Positions 1-10,300 of a stretch of 64,000 bases of DNA are shown piece by piece. Location of the stretch: IMG/VR virus record IMGVR_UViG_3300032893_000025, positions 15,336-79,335 of that record; one strand, given 5' to 3'. Within the stretch, counting starts at the first letter, position 1; each line of letters begins with the position of its first letter. The position numbers were made by a program, and so were the translations under genes. The stretch comes from a virus. The notes beneath the pieces are model-generated. The model was not told the origin of the DNA, searched no databases, and saw nothing but the letters and a program-made list of their open reading frames with translations.

Positions 1-39
1 TTAAGCCAAGGGGTGTAGGATCATTGCCTACCTCTCCCG
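1..39 (+). tRNA. Partial tRNA (3' half), anticodon NTT (Asn-GTT or Lys), truncated by the window edge
   Basis: Anticodon loop ends ..TTAA, followed by 3' stem GCCAA, variable GGGGT, T-arm GTAGG-ATCATTG-CCTAC and acceptor 3' strand CTCTCCC; lies in a tRNA array. Confidence 0.6.
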
Positions 40-49
40 CAGTACAAAT

Positions 50-121
50 GAATCATTGGTGTAATGGATAGCACAGGGGTCTTCTAAGCCCTTAGAAAGA
101 GTTCAAATCTTTTATGATTCG
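50..121 (+). tRNA. trnR: tRNA-Arg(TCT)
   Basis: Acceptor GAATCAT/ATGATTC, D-arm GTGT..GCAC, anticodon arm GGGGT-CTTCTAA-GCCCT, T-loop TTCAAAT. Confidence 0.9.
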
Positions 122-131
122 CTAAATACAT

Positions 132-201
132 TGAGGCACTCATAGGAGTGATAAGCAATCTCCAAAATTGTGACTTATAGGTTCGAGTCCTGTTGCCTCT
201 G
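132..201 (+). tRNA. trnW: tRNA-Trp(CCA), atypical D-arm
   Basis: Acceptor (T)GAGGCA/TGCCTC(T), anticodon arm GCAAT-CTCCAAA-ATTGT, T-arm ATAGG-TTCGAGT-CCTGT; D-arm non-canonical. Confidence 0.75.
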
Positions 202-206
202 CTAAT

Positions 207-281
207 GGTTTTGTAGGCCTCTTGGTGAGGAGCTTGACTGTCACTCAAGCAGAATAGAGGGATCGTACCCCTCCAGAACCG
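207..281 (+). tRNA. trnD: tRNA-Asp(GTC)
   Basis: Acceptor GGTTTTG/CAGAACC, anticodon arm CTTGA-CTGTCAC-TCAAG, T-arm GAGGG-ATCGTAC-CCCTC. Confidence 0.85.
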
Positions 282-287
282 CGATAT

Positions 288-359
288 GGGCCACTAGCAT
301 AAAGGATAATGCTCCTTACTTGCAATGAGGAAGATAGAGTTCGAGTCTCTGTGTGTCCA
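288..359 (+). tRNA. trnA: tRNA-Ala(TGC)
   Basis: D-arm GCAT..ATGC, anticodon arm CCTTA-CTTGCAA-TGAGG, T-loop TTCGAGT, G3:U70 Ala identity pair; acceptor stem imperfect. Confidence 0.85.
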
Positions 360-429
360 CTAATTCTTTATCTTTGATAGGAAATCCGTAAAGGTCTCAA
401 ATACTGAACCAGTTAATCAGTATTTAAAT

Positions 430-501
430 GCAGATATAGCACAATGGCTAGTGCGTCTGGCTTCCACCCAGAGGATGTGGTTTCAATTACCACTATCTGC
501 T
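430..501 (+). tRNA. trnG: tRNA-Gly(TCC)
   Basis: Acceptor GCAGATA/TATCTGC, anticodon arm TCTGG-CTTCCAC-CCAGA, T-arm GTGGT-TTCAATT-ACCAC. Confidence 0.92.
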
Positions 502-506
502 CTAAT

Positions 507-578
507 GCACCTTTAGTATAATGGTTATTATTTTTCCTTTGTAACGAGAAGATGAGGATTCAATTTCTTCAAGGTGCT
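507..578 (+). tRNA. trnT: tRNA-Thr(TGT)
   Basis: Acceptor GCACCTT/AAGGTGC, anticodon loop TTTGTAA, T-arm GAGGA-TTCAATT-TCTTC. Confidence 0.85.
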
Positions 579-582
579 CTAT

Positions 583-653
583 GACTCTTTAGCAAAGCGG
601 ATATGCTCCACTCTTTTAAAGTGGCGGGAATGGTTCAACTCCATTAAGAGTCA
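583..653 (+). tRNA. trnK: tRNA-Lys(TTT)
   Basis: Acceptor GACTCTT/AAGAGTC, anticodon arm CCACT-CTTTTAA-AGTGG, T-arm AATGG-TTCAACT-CCATT. Confidence 0.9.
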
Positions 654-659
654 CAAAAT

Positions 660-735
660 ACTTCCTTAGCTCAGTTGGTTTAGTAGCACTTGTTTTACAC
701 ACAAGATGTCAAAGGTTCGAATCCTTTAGGAAGTA
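660..735 (+). tRNA. trnV: tRNA-Val(TAC)
   Basis: Acceptor ACTTCCT/AGGAAGT, anticodon arm CTTGT-TTTACAC-ACAAG, T-arm AAAGG-TTCGAAT-CCTTT. Confidence 0.93.
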
Positions 736-755
736 CAAAAAATTTGTGTCTCAGA

Positions 756-3700
756 TTATTTATTTATTATCTGTTGTGTCAATGACTGAATTCTTGCAGT
801 AGTATTAGTTAAAGGAAACCAATTCTTTATAGCTACCCAAGTTTTAGATTGATCCTTATAAATTCCTTGATGATACATATCATCCCCTCCTGTTATTAAT
901 GTTGTAGCTCTTGCTAGTACTTTTTCTGTATCAGTAATTACTTTAGCCATTGGTAAAGGATCTCTTAATATAGTTTTAAATTGAATAGGATCAATATAAA
1001 AATCTATATCCATCTGCATCCTATTAAGTTGATTAATCCAGAAGAAAGATAAATATTTTATATCAGATTCATCATCGTCATCATTTAAAATGACTCCTTT
1101 AATTAATAAAGCCAATGCTGTAACAGCTATCATAGACATTATTTCTGTTAAATTAGCTCTCATATTAGCAGCATCTACATCATCTAATCTAGACAAATTA
1201 GTTTTCTGAAAAGCTATTTTTCTTAGTAACTGTAATGTACCGTTAAATACCCCACCAAAGTAGCCATATCTATCAAAAAACTGCCCATAACTTCTCCATC
1301 TACCTTTCTGTTCAATACCACTAATAGGATTCACCTTACCAGCGTCCATTTGTCCAAGTCTTGTATAATATGCATTAATCATCCATTTTCTAAATACTAA
1401 TAAGGATCTTCCTAATATTGTTGAATTAGCAGGTATTGGAGAGTCTGGATCATAGTTACCATGAATATCTTTTATAACCTTATCTATCTTTAATTTAGTA
1501 TTTGCCTCTAAATTTGATGGCATTTCAACTCCATTTAATAATTCTCCATTATCATTATAAGCTTCAAATAAAGATATATCTTTTCCATTTAATTTAACTT
1601 TAGTGTTTAATAACATAGCTATCATTACAGGAGCCTGATTTAAATATTCAGATCTACTCTGTAATGTAAAGGGAGCTAACCAATTAATTCCTTTTTTAAC
1701 TCTTTCAGATACATATATTTCATTTTGTAGTTCTTTTAGAGTATCATATCTATCCATTAAATGTCTAACTTTATTCATTTGAGATAAGGTTAAGTTATAC
1801 CCTTTATGAAGCTGAGCATTATTAAATCTTCTACCATCAGAGCCTTCTATAAGATTATTAACATAGCCCACTGTGGAATTCATTATAGGGGAGAAAAAAT
1901 TCCATCCTAATCCCTTTAATCTAACCCACATATTAAGTTGGTCTCCAATTTTAGAACCTGCTTTTACTCCTCCTAATTCAGATAATTGCTTTTCTAATTT
2001 TCTATCTATTTGTAGAAATTCTTTCTTAGTTATGTTATGTTCATCAAAATCTTTTATGTTTTGAGCCTTTAAAGCCTCTATTTCTTCTCTTACTTTTTGC
2101 TCTTTGGATGTATATACTTTTTTTCCAAATTTTAATTCTACCTTATGCATAGCTTCTCCATAAAACTTCTTCATAAAATATTCTACAGAATCTTTAAAGT
2201 TATTCAATCCTTTCTTAGAGATAGGATCTCCATATTGGTCATTTATAACTTCACCAGCATTATTAGTTTCTTGTTCTAAAGCATTATTAATAATACCCTG
2301 AGTAATACTCATAGCATCCTCAATTTTAGCTTTATGTTTAAACCCAATAGCCATTAATGAATAAGCTTTTACTAGTTTTTCTAAATCATTACTTCTTTCA
2401 TTAGCAACCTGATCTTTAATTTCTCTAGTCCATTCTTGTATTTGTTCTACAGTTGGAGTATTTCCAGTTTGTTGTTTAAGTTCTAAAGACTTTCTGAATA
2501 TATAATCTTTAATTATTTTATCAATATTGGTTATATATCTTACTCTTAACTCTCTTTCTCTCTCACCTTCAACATCTCTTTTTTCACTAGATTCTGTAGT
2601 TACAGATCCTTTAGTTCTTATACTTTCTTTCCATAAATCCCATATAGGAGTTAACCCACCACTCATACCATTTTGGGTATACTGTTCTATTAAAGTCTTT
2701 TCCATAAAAGGAAGAGTATTAACCTGAAACTCTTCGGTCATATCTGATGGTAAATAAGAATTTACTTCATGTAGAGTATCTATGATATAGTTATATAAAG
2801 CTAATAGCTTATCATTGTTTTCTATTTTTTCAAAGTTTTTATCATAAAATTCAGTATTCTTGCCATTAACAATTCTTCTAGGTACAGTCTTTGTATATCT
2901 ATTGCTTGGGGTTATATAATCTCCTGCTACTTTTTGTATAGTACCTTCAAAAAAGTTTTCTGCAACTAAATAAGGACTAAATTTAGCATCATATTCTCTT
3001 ATTTTTATTTCCTTAGCAGCATCTTCTAGTAAATCATCGTCTAATTGAGATATAAAAACATCTCTATCATCTTTAAATTGTTTAAGTTGCTTTTCAGCAG
3101 CTTCTAAATAAAATTTATATCCTTTTTGTCCCAAATTAGTTATTAATTCTTGTCTGTGATTCTGTATATCACTATCACTAAAGCTATTTTCATATAAATC
3201 CTTATTGGGAAACAATTTTCTAGCATCTAACATTAGAGAGTATTTCTTAGTTTCCGTAATATAATCTCTAATAAGTTTATTTTTTTGTTTTCTTCTTTCT
3301 TCTGGGTCAGCAATTTCATCAGCAAGGTTTAATTCTTTTTTAAAATTTCTGCTTCTAGCTTTATTCCAATCGAAATAAGCTTGGGTATATCTATAAGTTA
3401 AATCTCCAGTTTTCCTATTATCTGTATTACTTGCTCTTTGAGCAAACAATTCATTAATATCCTTTTTACTATAAGATTTACCTATTTCTTTAAATACATC
3501 ATCTAAACCATCAAATACATACTTAGCTTCTTTATGTGTTTCAAAGCTTGCTTCCTTATTCCATACAAACATACTTTTAGCTAAGATATTATCTGTTTCA
3601 CTAATATCTAAAGTAAGACTTGTTAATTTACCAACATCTGTTAGTAAAGCTTTATAATCAACATTAGCATCTTCTCCCCATTTTTCTTTAACTTTATCTT

Positions 3701-4352
3701 CAATTTTACTTTGAGCTATTTGTAACCATTTATTCCATAATCCCTCAGCCTTGGCTTGGTATCTTTTTAATTCTTCTCCTATAGGATACATTAAAGTATT
3801 CTTAGGGTCTTGTATTTGCTTTAATTCATTTTCATCGAAGAATATATGTCCTTCTTTAAAATCACCAGCAGCCATCCACAATCTTATAGGTCTTTTTATA
3901 TTAGTTAAATCCGATAAAGAAATATCCTTTTTATCTAATATTTTTCCTACTTCTTCTATATCTTGTTGAGCGAATTTTAAAGAATCTTCTAATACCTGAG
4001 ATTTAGAAAGTTCTCCTATTTTAGTATCAGTTTCTTCAACCTGTTTCTCAAGATAAGAAACTTCTTTATTGAGTTTTAATTTTTCTTCTCCAGATTTATC
4101 TTTAAGTTCAGCTCTTTTTGAACTTATTCTTTTGTATAATAAACTTTTCTTTTGTTGTAAATTATCTATAATAGTTTGAAATCTTGGTTTTTCAGTTTTA
4201 GCCTCAATTAAACCTTCATCAACGAGTTGTTCTAATGAAGGTATCTCTTCTCCATTAGCTAGCCATAATCTATAACTTTCAGCATCTGAACCAGTGATTT
4301 TAACTAATTTCTTCCATTCAGGAGTATTGCGATTTGGACATTTAACTGCCAT
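756..4352 (-). CDS. Large virion cargo/ejection protein (crAss-like, RNAP-associated block)
   Basis: 1198 aa, helical; N-terminal CPN..TPEWKKL motif; hydrophobic helix near the C-terminus; last gene of the giant-protein block, directly after the RNAP gene. Confidence 0.7.
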   Translation of the reverse strand: MAVKCPNRNTPEWKKLVKITGSDAESYRLWLANGEEIPSLEQLVDEGLIEAKTEKPRFQTIIDNLQQKKSLLYKRISSKRAELKDKSGEEKLKLNKEVSYLEKQVEETDTKIGELSKSQVLEDSLKFAQQDIEEVGKILDKKDISLSDLTNIKRPIRLWMAAGDFKEGHIFFDENELKQIQDPKNTLMYPIGEELKRYQAKAEGLWNKWLQIAQSKIEDKVKEKWGEDANVDYKALLTDVGKLTSLTLDISETDNILAKSMFVWNKEASFETHKEAKYVFDGLDDVFKEIGKSYSKKDINELFAQRASNTDNRKTGDLTYRYTQAYFDWNKARSRNFKKELNLADEIADPEERRKQKNKLIRDYITETKKYSLMLDARKLFPNKDLYENSFSDSDIQNHRQELITNLGQKGYKFYLEAAEKQLKQFKDDRDVFISQLDDDLLEDAAKEIKIREYDAKFSPYLVAENFFEGTIQKVAGDYITPSNRYTKTVPRRIVNGKNTEFYDKNFEKIENNDKLLALYNYIIDTLHEVNSYLPSDMTEEFQVNTLPFMEKTLIEQYTQNGMSGGLTPIWDLWKESIRTKGSVTTESSEKRDVEGERERELRVRYITNIDKIIKDYIFRKSLELKQQTGNTPTVEQIQEWTREIKDQVANERSNDLEKLVKAYSLMAIGFKHKAKIEDAMSITQGIINNALEQETNNAGEVINDQYGDPISKKGLNNFKDSVEYFMKKFYGEAMHKVELKFGKKVYTSKEQKVREEIEALKAQNIKDFDEHNITKKEFLQIDRKLEKQLSELGGVKAGSKIGDQLNMWVRLKGLGWNFFSPIMNSTVGYVNNLIEGSDGRRFNNAQLHKGYNLTLSQMNKVRHLMDRYDTLKELQNEIYVSERVKKGINWLAPFTLQSRSEYLNQAPVMIAMLLNTKVKLNGKDISLFEAYNDNGELLNGVEMPSNLEANTKLKIDKVIKDIHGNYDPDSPIPANSTILGRSLLVFRKWMINAYYTRLGQMDAGKVNPISGIEQKGRWRSYGQFFDRYGYFGGVFNGTLQLLRKIAFQKTNLSRLDDVDAANMRANLTEIMSMIAVTALALLIKGVILNDDDDESDIKYLSFFWINQLNRMQMDIDFYIDPIQFKTILRDPLPMAKVITDTEKVLARATTLITGGDDMYHQGIYKDQSKTWVAIKNWFPLTNTTARIQSLTQQIINK

Positions 4353-4367
4353 AATTCTAATTTTCTG

Positions 4368-4398
4368 TAAATTTACCTACATTTTTTCATTCTATCAA
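4368..4398 (-). promoter_or_regulatory. Bacteroidota sigmaA-type promoter (variant -7)
   Basis: TTG-N20-TAAATTTA immediately upstream of the ATG at 4352. Confidence 0.45.
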
Positions 4399-7300
4399 GT
4401 ATTTCTTCATTAGAAATTAAACTTATTTTATCTTTTAAATTTAACTCTCTCTGATCTAACTTGATATAATAATATTCTTTTTTATTATTTAATCCTATAT
4501 CTTCTCCTACAGTTGTTCCTATAGTAGCTTTATATAAGACTTGTTCTTTATTAATAGTTTGTGCCCTTTTAAGCATTGCTTTATATCTATCACCGTTGCT
4601 AAATCTATCATCAACCATTAATACTTTTTGCCTACCATCAGAGTTTAATTCTCCGAATCTATTTAAAGTATCTTCTTTACTTATTGTATTAGGTAATAAA
4701 TATACTTCTCTATCAGTTATTTTAGATAAATCTATCTCTCTCCATTGATTACCATATTCATCATTAATAATTTTAACATTGTCTTTACCAAATTGTTTCT
4801 CTAATATATTACCTACTTTAATTTCATAGAAAGCTTCAATAGGTTTGAGTTTTTCTATACCTTGAGATTTAAATTCAGCTTTTTTATCTTCTAGTCTTTT
4901 TATTTCACTAGGAGCTTCTTTTATTTCCCCAATTTTTTGATTTCTAACTGATATTTTATGTTCAAGAGCAATTACTTTTTGCCTATCTTCAACTAAATAT
5001 CTGTCACTATTAGAAGAATTATTAAATATTGCAATAGCTTCCTCTCTGGTGATTGGTAATATTTTAATTTGAGGTTTATTTCTTTCTGTATTATATCCAT
5101 GTATATAATACCCTTCATAATTTTCACCTAATGCATCTCTATGCTCTTGGTATGAATCATAACCAAAATAGGATTTATTATATATTTCTTTTCTACTATA
5201 AGTACTTTCTACTCTAACATAACTATAATCTTCAAATCCATATTTATTTGCAGTTTTTCTATCTACAGTTGGTTCTTGAGTTGTTAAATTGGAACTAAAA
5301 GTCTTTTTTAAAGTAGTTATTTCTTTACGAAGATTGTTTATCTCTTCTTCTAATCCTGGTATAGAATCTTCCTTACCTAAAAATGTTTGTGTATGTTCTA
5401 TAGCTCTATTTATATTTAATATCTCATTGGCCAATGTTTCGTGTCCTTCTACTTTAGCAGCAGTTTCACCTTTAGGAAATAATACTTTCTCATATCCTTT
5501 CTTAGCACTATCTTGAATAATAGATTTAATAAAGAATGTAACCCAGTTATTATCTTTGTTAAGGAGTTGGAGAAATTGATTTTCTGGACTATTATCAGAA
5601 ACAAAGTTCCATCTTTCTTTACCGGTTAAAGATTTATAATCTCTACCTTTCTGAAATAAATCAGATTGTATTTCTAATATACGTCTATCTTTAGTTATAT
5701 TCCCACCAATAGTATTTCTTTTAGTTCTAGGTTCACCTGTAGATAAATCTGGTTCCTCATCAGTAGTAATAGTAGCATTGTTTACTTTAGTATCACTTCT
5801 AAACCAACCTATACCTTTATCTGTACTAAATTGAGCATGCCCTTTAATATTAGGTGTAATTAATGGAGTAGATATTTCATTTTCAGTATAGTTAGTACCG
5901 CCCGGTACTGTTAGATTTGAATAATAAGATGTAGATTGTTGATTCTTATATCTCTTAGATTCTAAGTAAGTTTCAGCTTCTTTTCTTGTATTAAAAGAAA
6001 TATAAGCTCCATCATCTTCTTCAACAATATACTCAGTTTTTATAATTTTCCCTTCTTTATCTTTAAAATGCGATTCTTCTATGTTTCCAGTAAGAGAATC
6101 AAACTTTTTCTTAGCAGTATTAACTTCAACAGTATAACTATAATTAGCAAGAATAGAAGATATAATTTCTTCTTTGGTCATTCCATCTTTAGCAGATTCT
6201 TTGAACATATCAACCTGTTCTTTAGGAACTCCTTGTTTCTGAAGATCGTTTAACCAACCTTGTAATTTAGAAAATTCAAATTTATTACGTTGAATATTTT
6301 GTAAGCCTTTTATCAATTTTAAAGTATAACTAATAGCAGCTTCGTTAATTCCAGGATATAATGTTTCTATTGTCTGGCCTTCTTGTGTGAAAGCTTGAGT
6401 AGTATCATGTTCAATAATAGTTAATACATCATCTATAGCGGAAGCTAACATAGAGTTTTTATTTACATTTAATCCTAAAGCATTAAAGAATTGTTTTAAT
6501 TTATCTAAAAATACTTCAAACCAAGGTTTGCCTTCACTATTCGCAGGTATTTCATTAAGTATCTTCTGAAACTCACCATCAGTCATTAACATAGTTACAA
6601 ATTCTTCTAAATTTGTAGCTCCATAATATTTACTTAATTCTTCATCAGTCATAGATTCATACTTCTCAGTTCTTTTAGCTATAAACTTATCCATAACTTC
6701 TTTAGTAATGGATGATTTATGCCTATTAAAACTTTGATTTAAGCTATCTATAGCATCTTTAACTTTAGGATCTAGTTTTTCTCCTTTACTCCAAGCTTGA
6801 ATAGCAGGTATAGTAAATCCATGCAATACTTCATGTAATACAGTTTTACTTAATTCATTTACTGAAGTATGTTTTTCATTATCTAAATTAATTTTTACAG
6901 TACCATTAGCATATCTTCCTCTTACTTTTTCAAGTTCTGTAGATAATCTTAAATTTCTATCTCCGTAATTATTTAATAGTTCAGACGCTAATAATTGATA
7001 ATATTGGTCATCTGAATTAATAACTATATTTTCAAGTACCCTTTTAACATTACCTTTATCAACTATTTCAAGTATATCTCCAGGTTTCTTAACTTTAGTA
7101 GATTCTGGATTAATTGTAGTTTCTGAATAGTAGTTGTTATCTATTGGAAATCTTGAAGTAGATTTACTAACTTCAGCTTTATTTGTGTTAGTTATAAAAC
7201 TTGAAGTAGCTACTTCATCAGTATTAGCATTAAATTCATCTATACCGTTAAATCCTAAATTATCTACTCTAAAATACATAGGGTAACCTAAAGAATCATT

Positions 7301-10300
7301 TCTTCCATAATATCTAAATAATACATTCTTACTACTTCCTTTAGGTTTCATAGGATCATTAATAGCTAAAAATTCAGGAGGAACTTGGTCTTGCCCTCTT
7401 TTAACATAGAAATCATCATTCTTTAAACTAAATCTTGTAATACTAACTCTTCCTTTTGGTAAGTTTTTATCCTTAATTACATTATCTATATCCTTTGTTC
7501 CAACTCTTTCAACCTTATCAGCATTATGTTGTATATACTGTTCGATAAAGTTCTGTAACATCCAGTAAGGTAATTCAAATGAAGGAATCTTCATAAAATC
7601 TGAATCTTCGAATTTCTTATTAGAGTATAATTCAGATAAACTATCAGCAAATCCTATAGAATATAAATAAGATGGCGGTATGTGTTTAATATATTGAGTA
7701 GCTTCTTGTACACCCCCAGACAAATAAGCTGCTTCAACTAAGTCTTTGAATAACTTTCTTGTAGTGTAATTAGTTCCTTCAATAGCAGTATCATTCGTAT
7801 ATAAATCTATAAAAGAAGTATATGTAGCTAAATTAGCAGCGTCATCTCTTACAGCATCTATTTTAATTGTAGATGGTCTACCATTCTTATTTATATCAGG
7901 TTGTACTTTACTTAAAAAAGGATGATCTTTATATTTAGATTGAGCTTTTACTTGTTTAACTATAGAAGCTAAAGATTTATTACTGTCGCTATCTATAAAT
8001 AATCTTTCTCTTTCTAAATTAAGATCTCCTCCAAATAATCCTAAATTATTTAATGTATACAAATAAGATTTAAAATTATTCCATATATCTCTTCTAAAAT
8101 CAGCTTTACTAACTATACTTCTGTCTTCTCTACCAAGTAATTGTTCAATCTTGTTAAACATGTAAGTTATACCTTGTTCATTATAAGGTAGAAGTTGTTT
8201 CCACAGTTTATTATTTTGAAGTAACCCATAATATGTAGAAAAACCTTGGATTGTTGTTGGTTTAATTAAATTTCCTAAATTATCAAATTCTCCCAATATA
8301 GATTCTATATTTTCTATATTCACACTTTGTAATCTTTTAACTGCTTCTTCTTTAGATAAAGTTTCAAATAAATTCTTACCCAATCCTTTACTATCTGTAT
8401 TAATAGCTGATTGTATAGTACTTAAGGTTTGAGATGGTTTATCTAAATAAAGCATTTGATCTAAAGCAGTCAATTGTATATAATTAAAGTCTCCTGTTGG
8501 TTCTAATATAGAATTCTTTAAATTCTCTAAAGACAATCCTTTTCCTTTACTATATTTTTCATCATATAAATTACTATCATAATTTGTAGGTCTATATTTA
8601 GATAATATTTCTGAATATACTTCATTTTCTATATTAGGATTAAACTCTTTAATAGAAGATCTTTTAGATTTAAGTAAATTAAAGTAATCTTTTATAATAG
8701 GTTGAGCCATAAAATATCCGACTTCTTCTTCAAATCCTAATTGTGCTAGTAAGTTAGCATACCTAAAAGTTTGAGAATTTAAATTAAGTTTATCTAATAC
8801 TTGTAACTTTTCATTGTCTACAGATACAGACTGAAGACCTGATATAATTTCTGATTTATAATACTTACCACTTAATGTTTTATTTCCACTTAAATCTCCA
8901 TCAGATACTTTGTTACCAAATCTAACTCTAAATCTTTGTTTAATTCCTTCTGGAGTATTATAGAATAAATACATTCCTTTATCCTGTATAGCAGAATTAA
9001 ACATAGATGCATTACTTGTTATACCAGTACCAGATTTACCAGCTAATGCATTAAATCTCTTAGTCATTTGGTACTTATCTGATAAGGCAGTGAAGTATTC
9101 ATCTTTAGTCTTTTTATTCTGAATTTCTTTAGCTATTTCTTCGAACTTCCATGAACTTAAAGGAGTGTGTATTTGTTTTTGAACTTCTTGATTAATGTTT
9201 TTATGAACTGCAAGTCTTATATCTAATAGTTTGTTTTGTAGAGATTTGTTCCATACATCATCAGCCATTTCTAAGAATGATGCTTGTCTATTAAGTTGTC
9301 TACTTTTTCTTTCATCAAGTTCAAAAGCTAAATTTCTTAAAGTAGATTCTTCTAATTTTAATATATCTTCCTTAGAACTAAAATCTATCTTTTCTAACTT
9401 TTTACCATTAAGGTAAGTATTATACATATAGGTGTATAACTTATCCACATCAAAGTCAGAACCCATCTGAGCCAAGTAATCTCTTGTAGTAACAGCTATA
9501 TCCCCAGATGTTTTAGGTAAAAATCCTACTATTTCAACATAACTTTGAGAGTTTAATCCTTGATTAGGAATACGCATACCAAAGATTTGCAATATTTCTT
9601 CAGGTAATTTAGTCATATCTATTTTCCCATCTTTCACAAACCTATTTATATCTAATAAATTTCCATTATTATCTTTAAATTTCCAAGGTATTAGTATTTG
9701 TGCTGGTAATACCTTACCTTTTTCTACTCGAGATGGTAATAATTTACCTGTCCATTTATCTGTATAAATAATTCCTTGAATATCTTTAGAAGCTTCTTCA
9801 TCTACAACTTTAGCTTTTTGGTATCCTTCCTCTGTAGATAATACAAAAGAATTACCTTTAAACTTCATTTTTAGTACTCTATTCTTAACAATAGCGTTAA
9901 GTAAAGCTTCATATTTAATAGCTGAAGGACTATAAGGTAAGAAAGTTAAATACTTATCCAATTCTATACCTTCCATATCAGCTATAGAATACCCTCTTAA
10001 CATACCTTCTTCCTTAAGAATATCTCTTATTGCAGGTATATTTAAATTTCCAGACTCATCATAAACTTCTTTTTTTAAACCTTCAAATCCATTCTTATAA
10101 AGTTGTTCATAATGTTCTTGATAAATCTTTTCTAAATCTCTTCCTTTGTAAGAATTATTATTATATTCAAATCCATCTATATCATGTAAATTAGTAAATA
10201 TATTCTTATCAGCCTGAGAAACCCTATTAATAGCATCTTTAAGTTCATCATAGGGAACATCTTGTTGCAATCTAAATCCTTTTCTACTAAGTATTTTAGT

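Noticed and set aside
361-429. tRNA-associated HDV-like (theta) ribozyme or a tenth tRNA
   Set aside because: No G at the tRNA 3' junction, no nested double-pseudoknot pairing and no cloverleaf could be built
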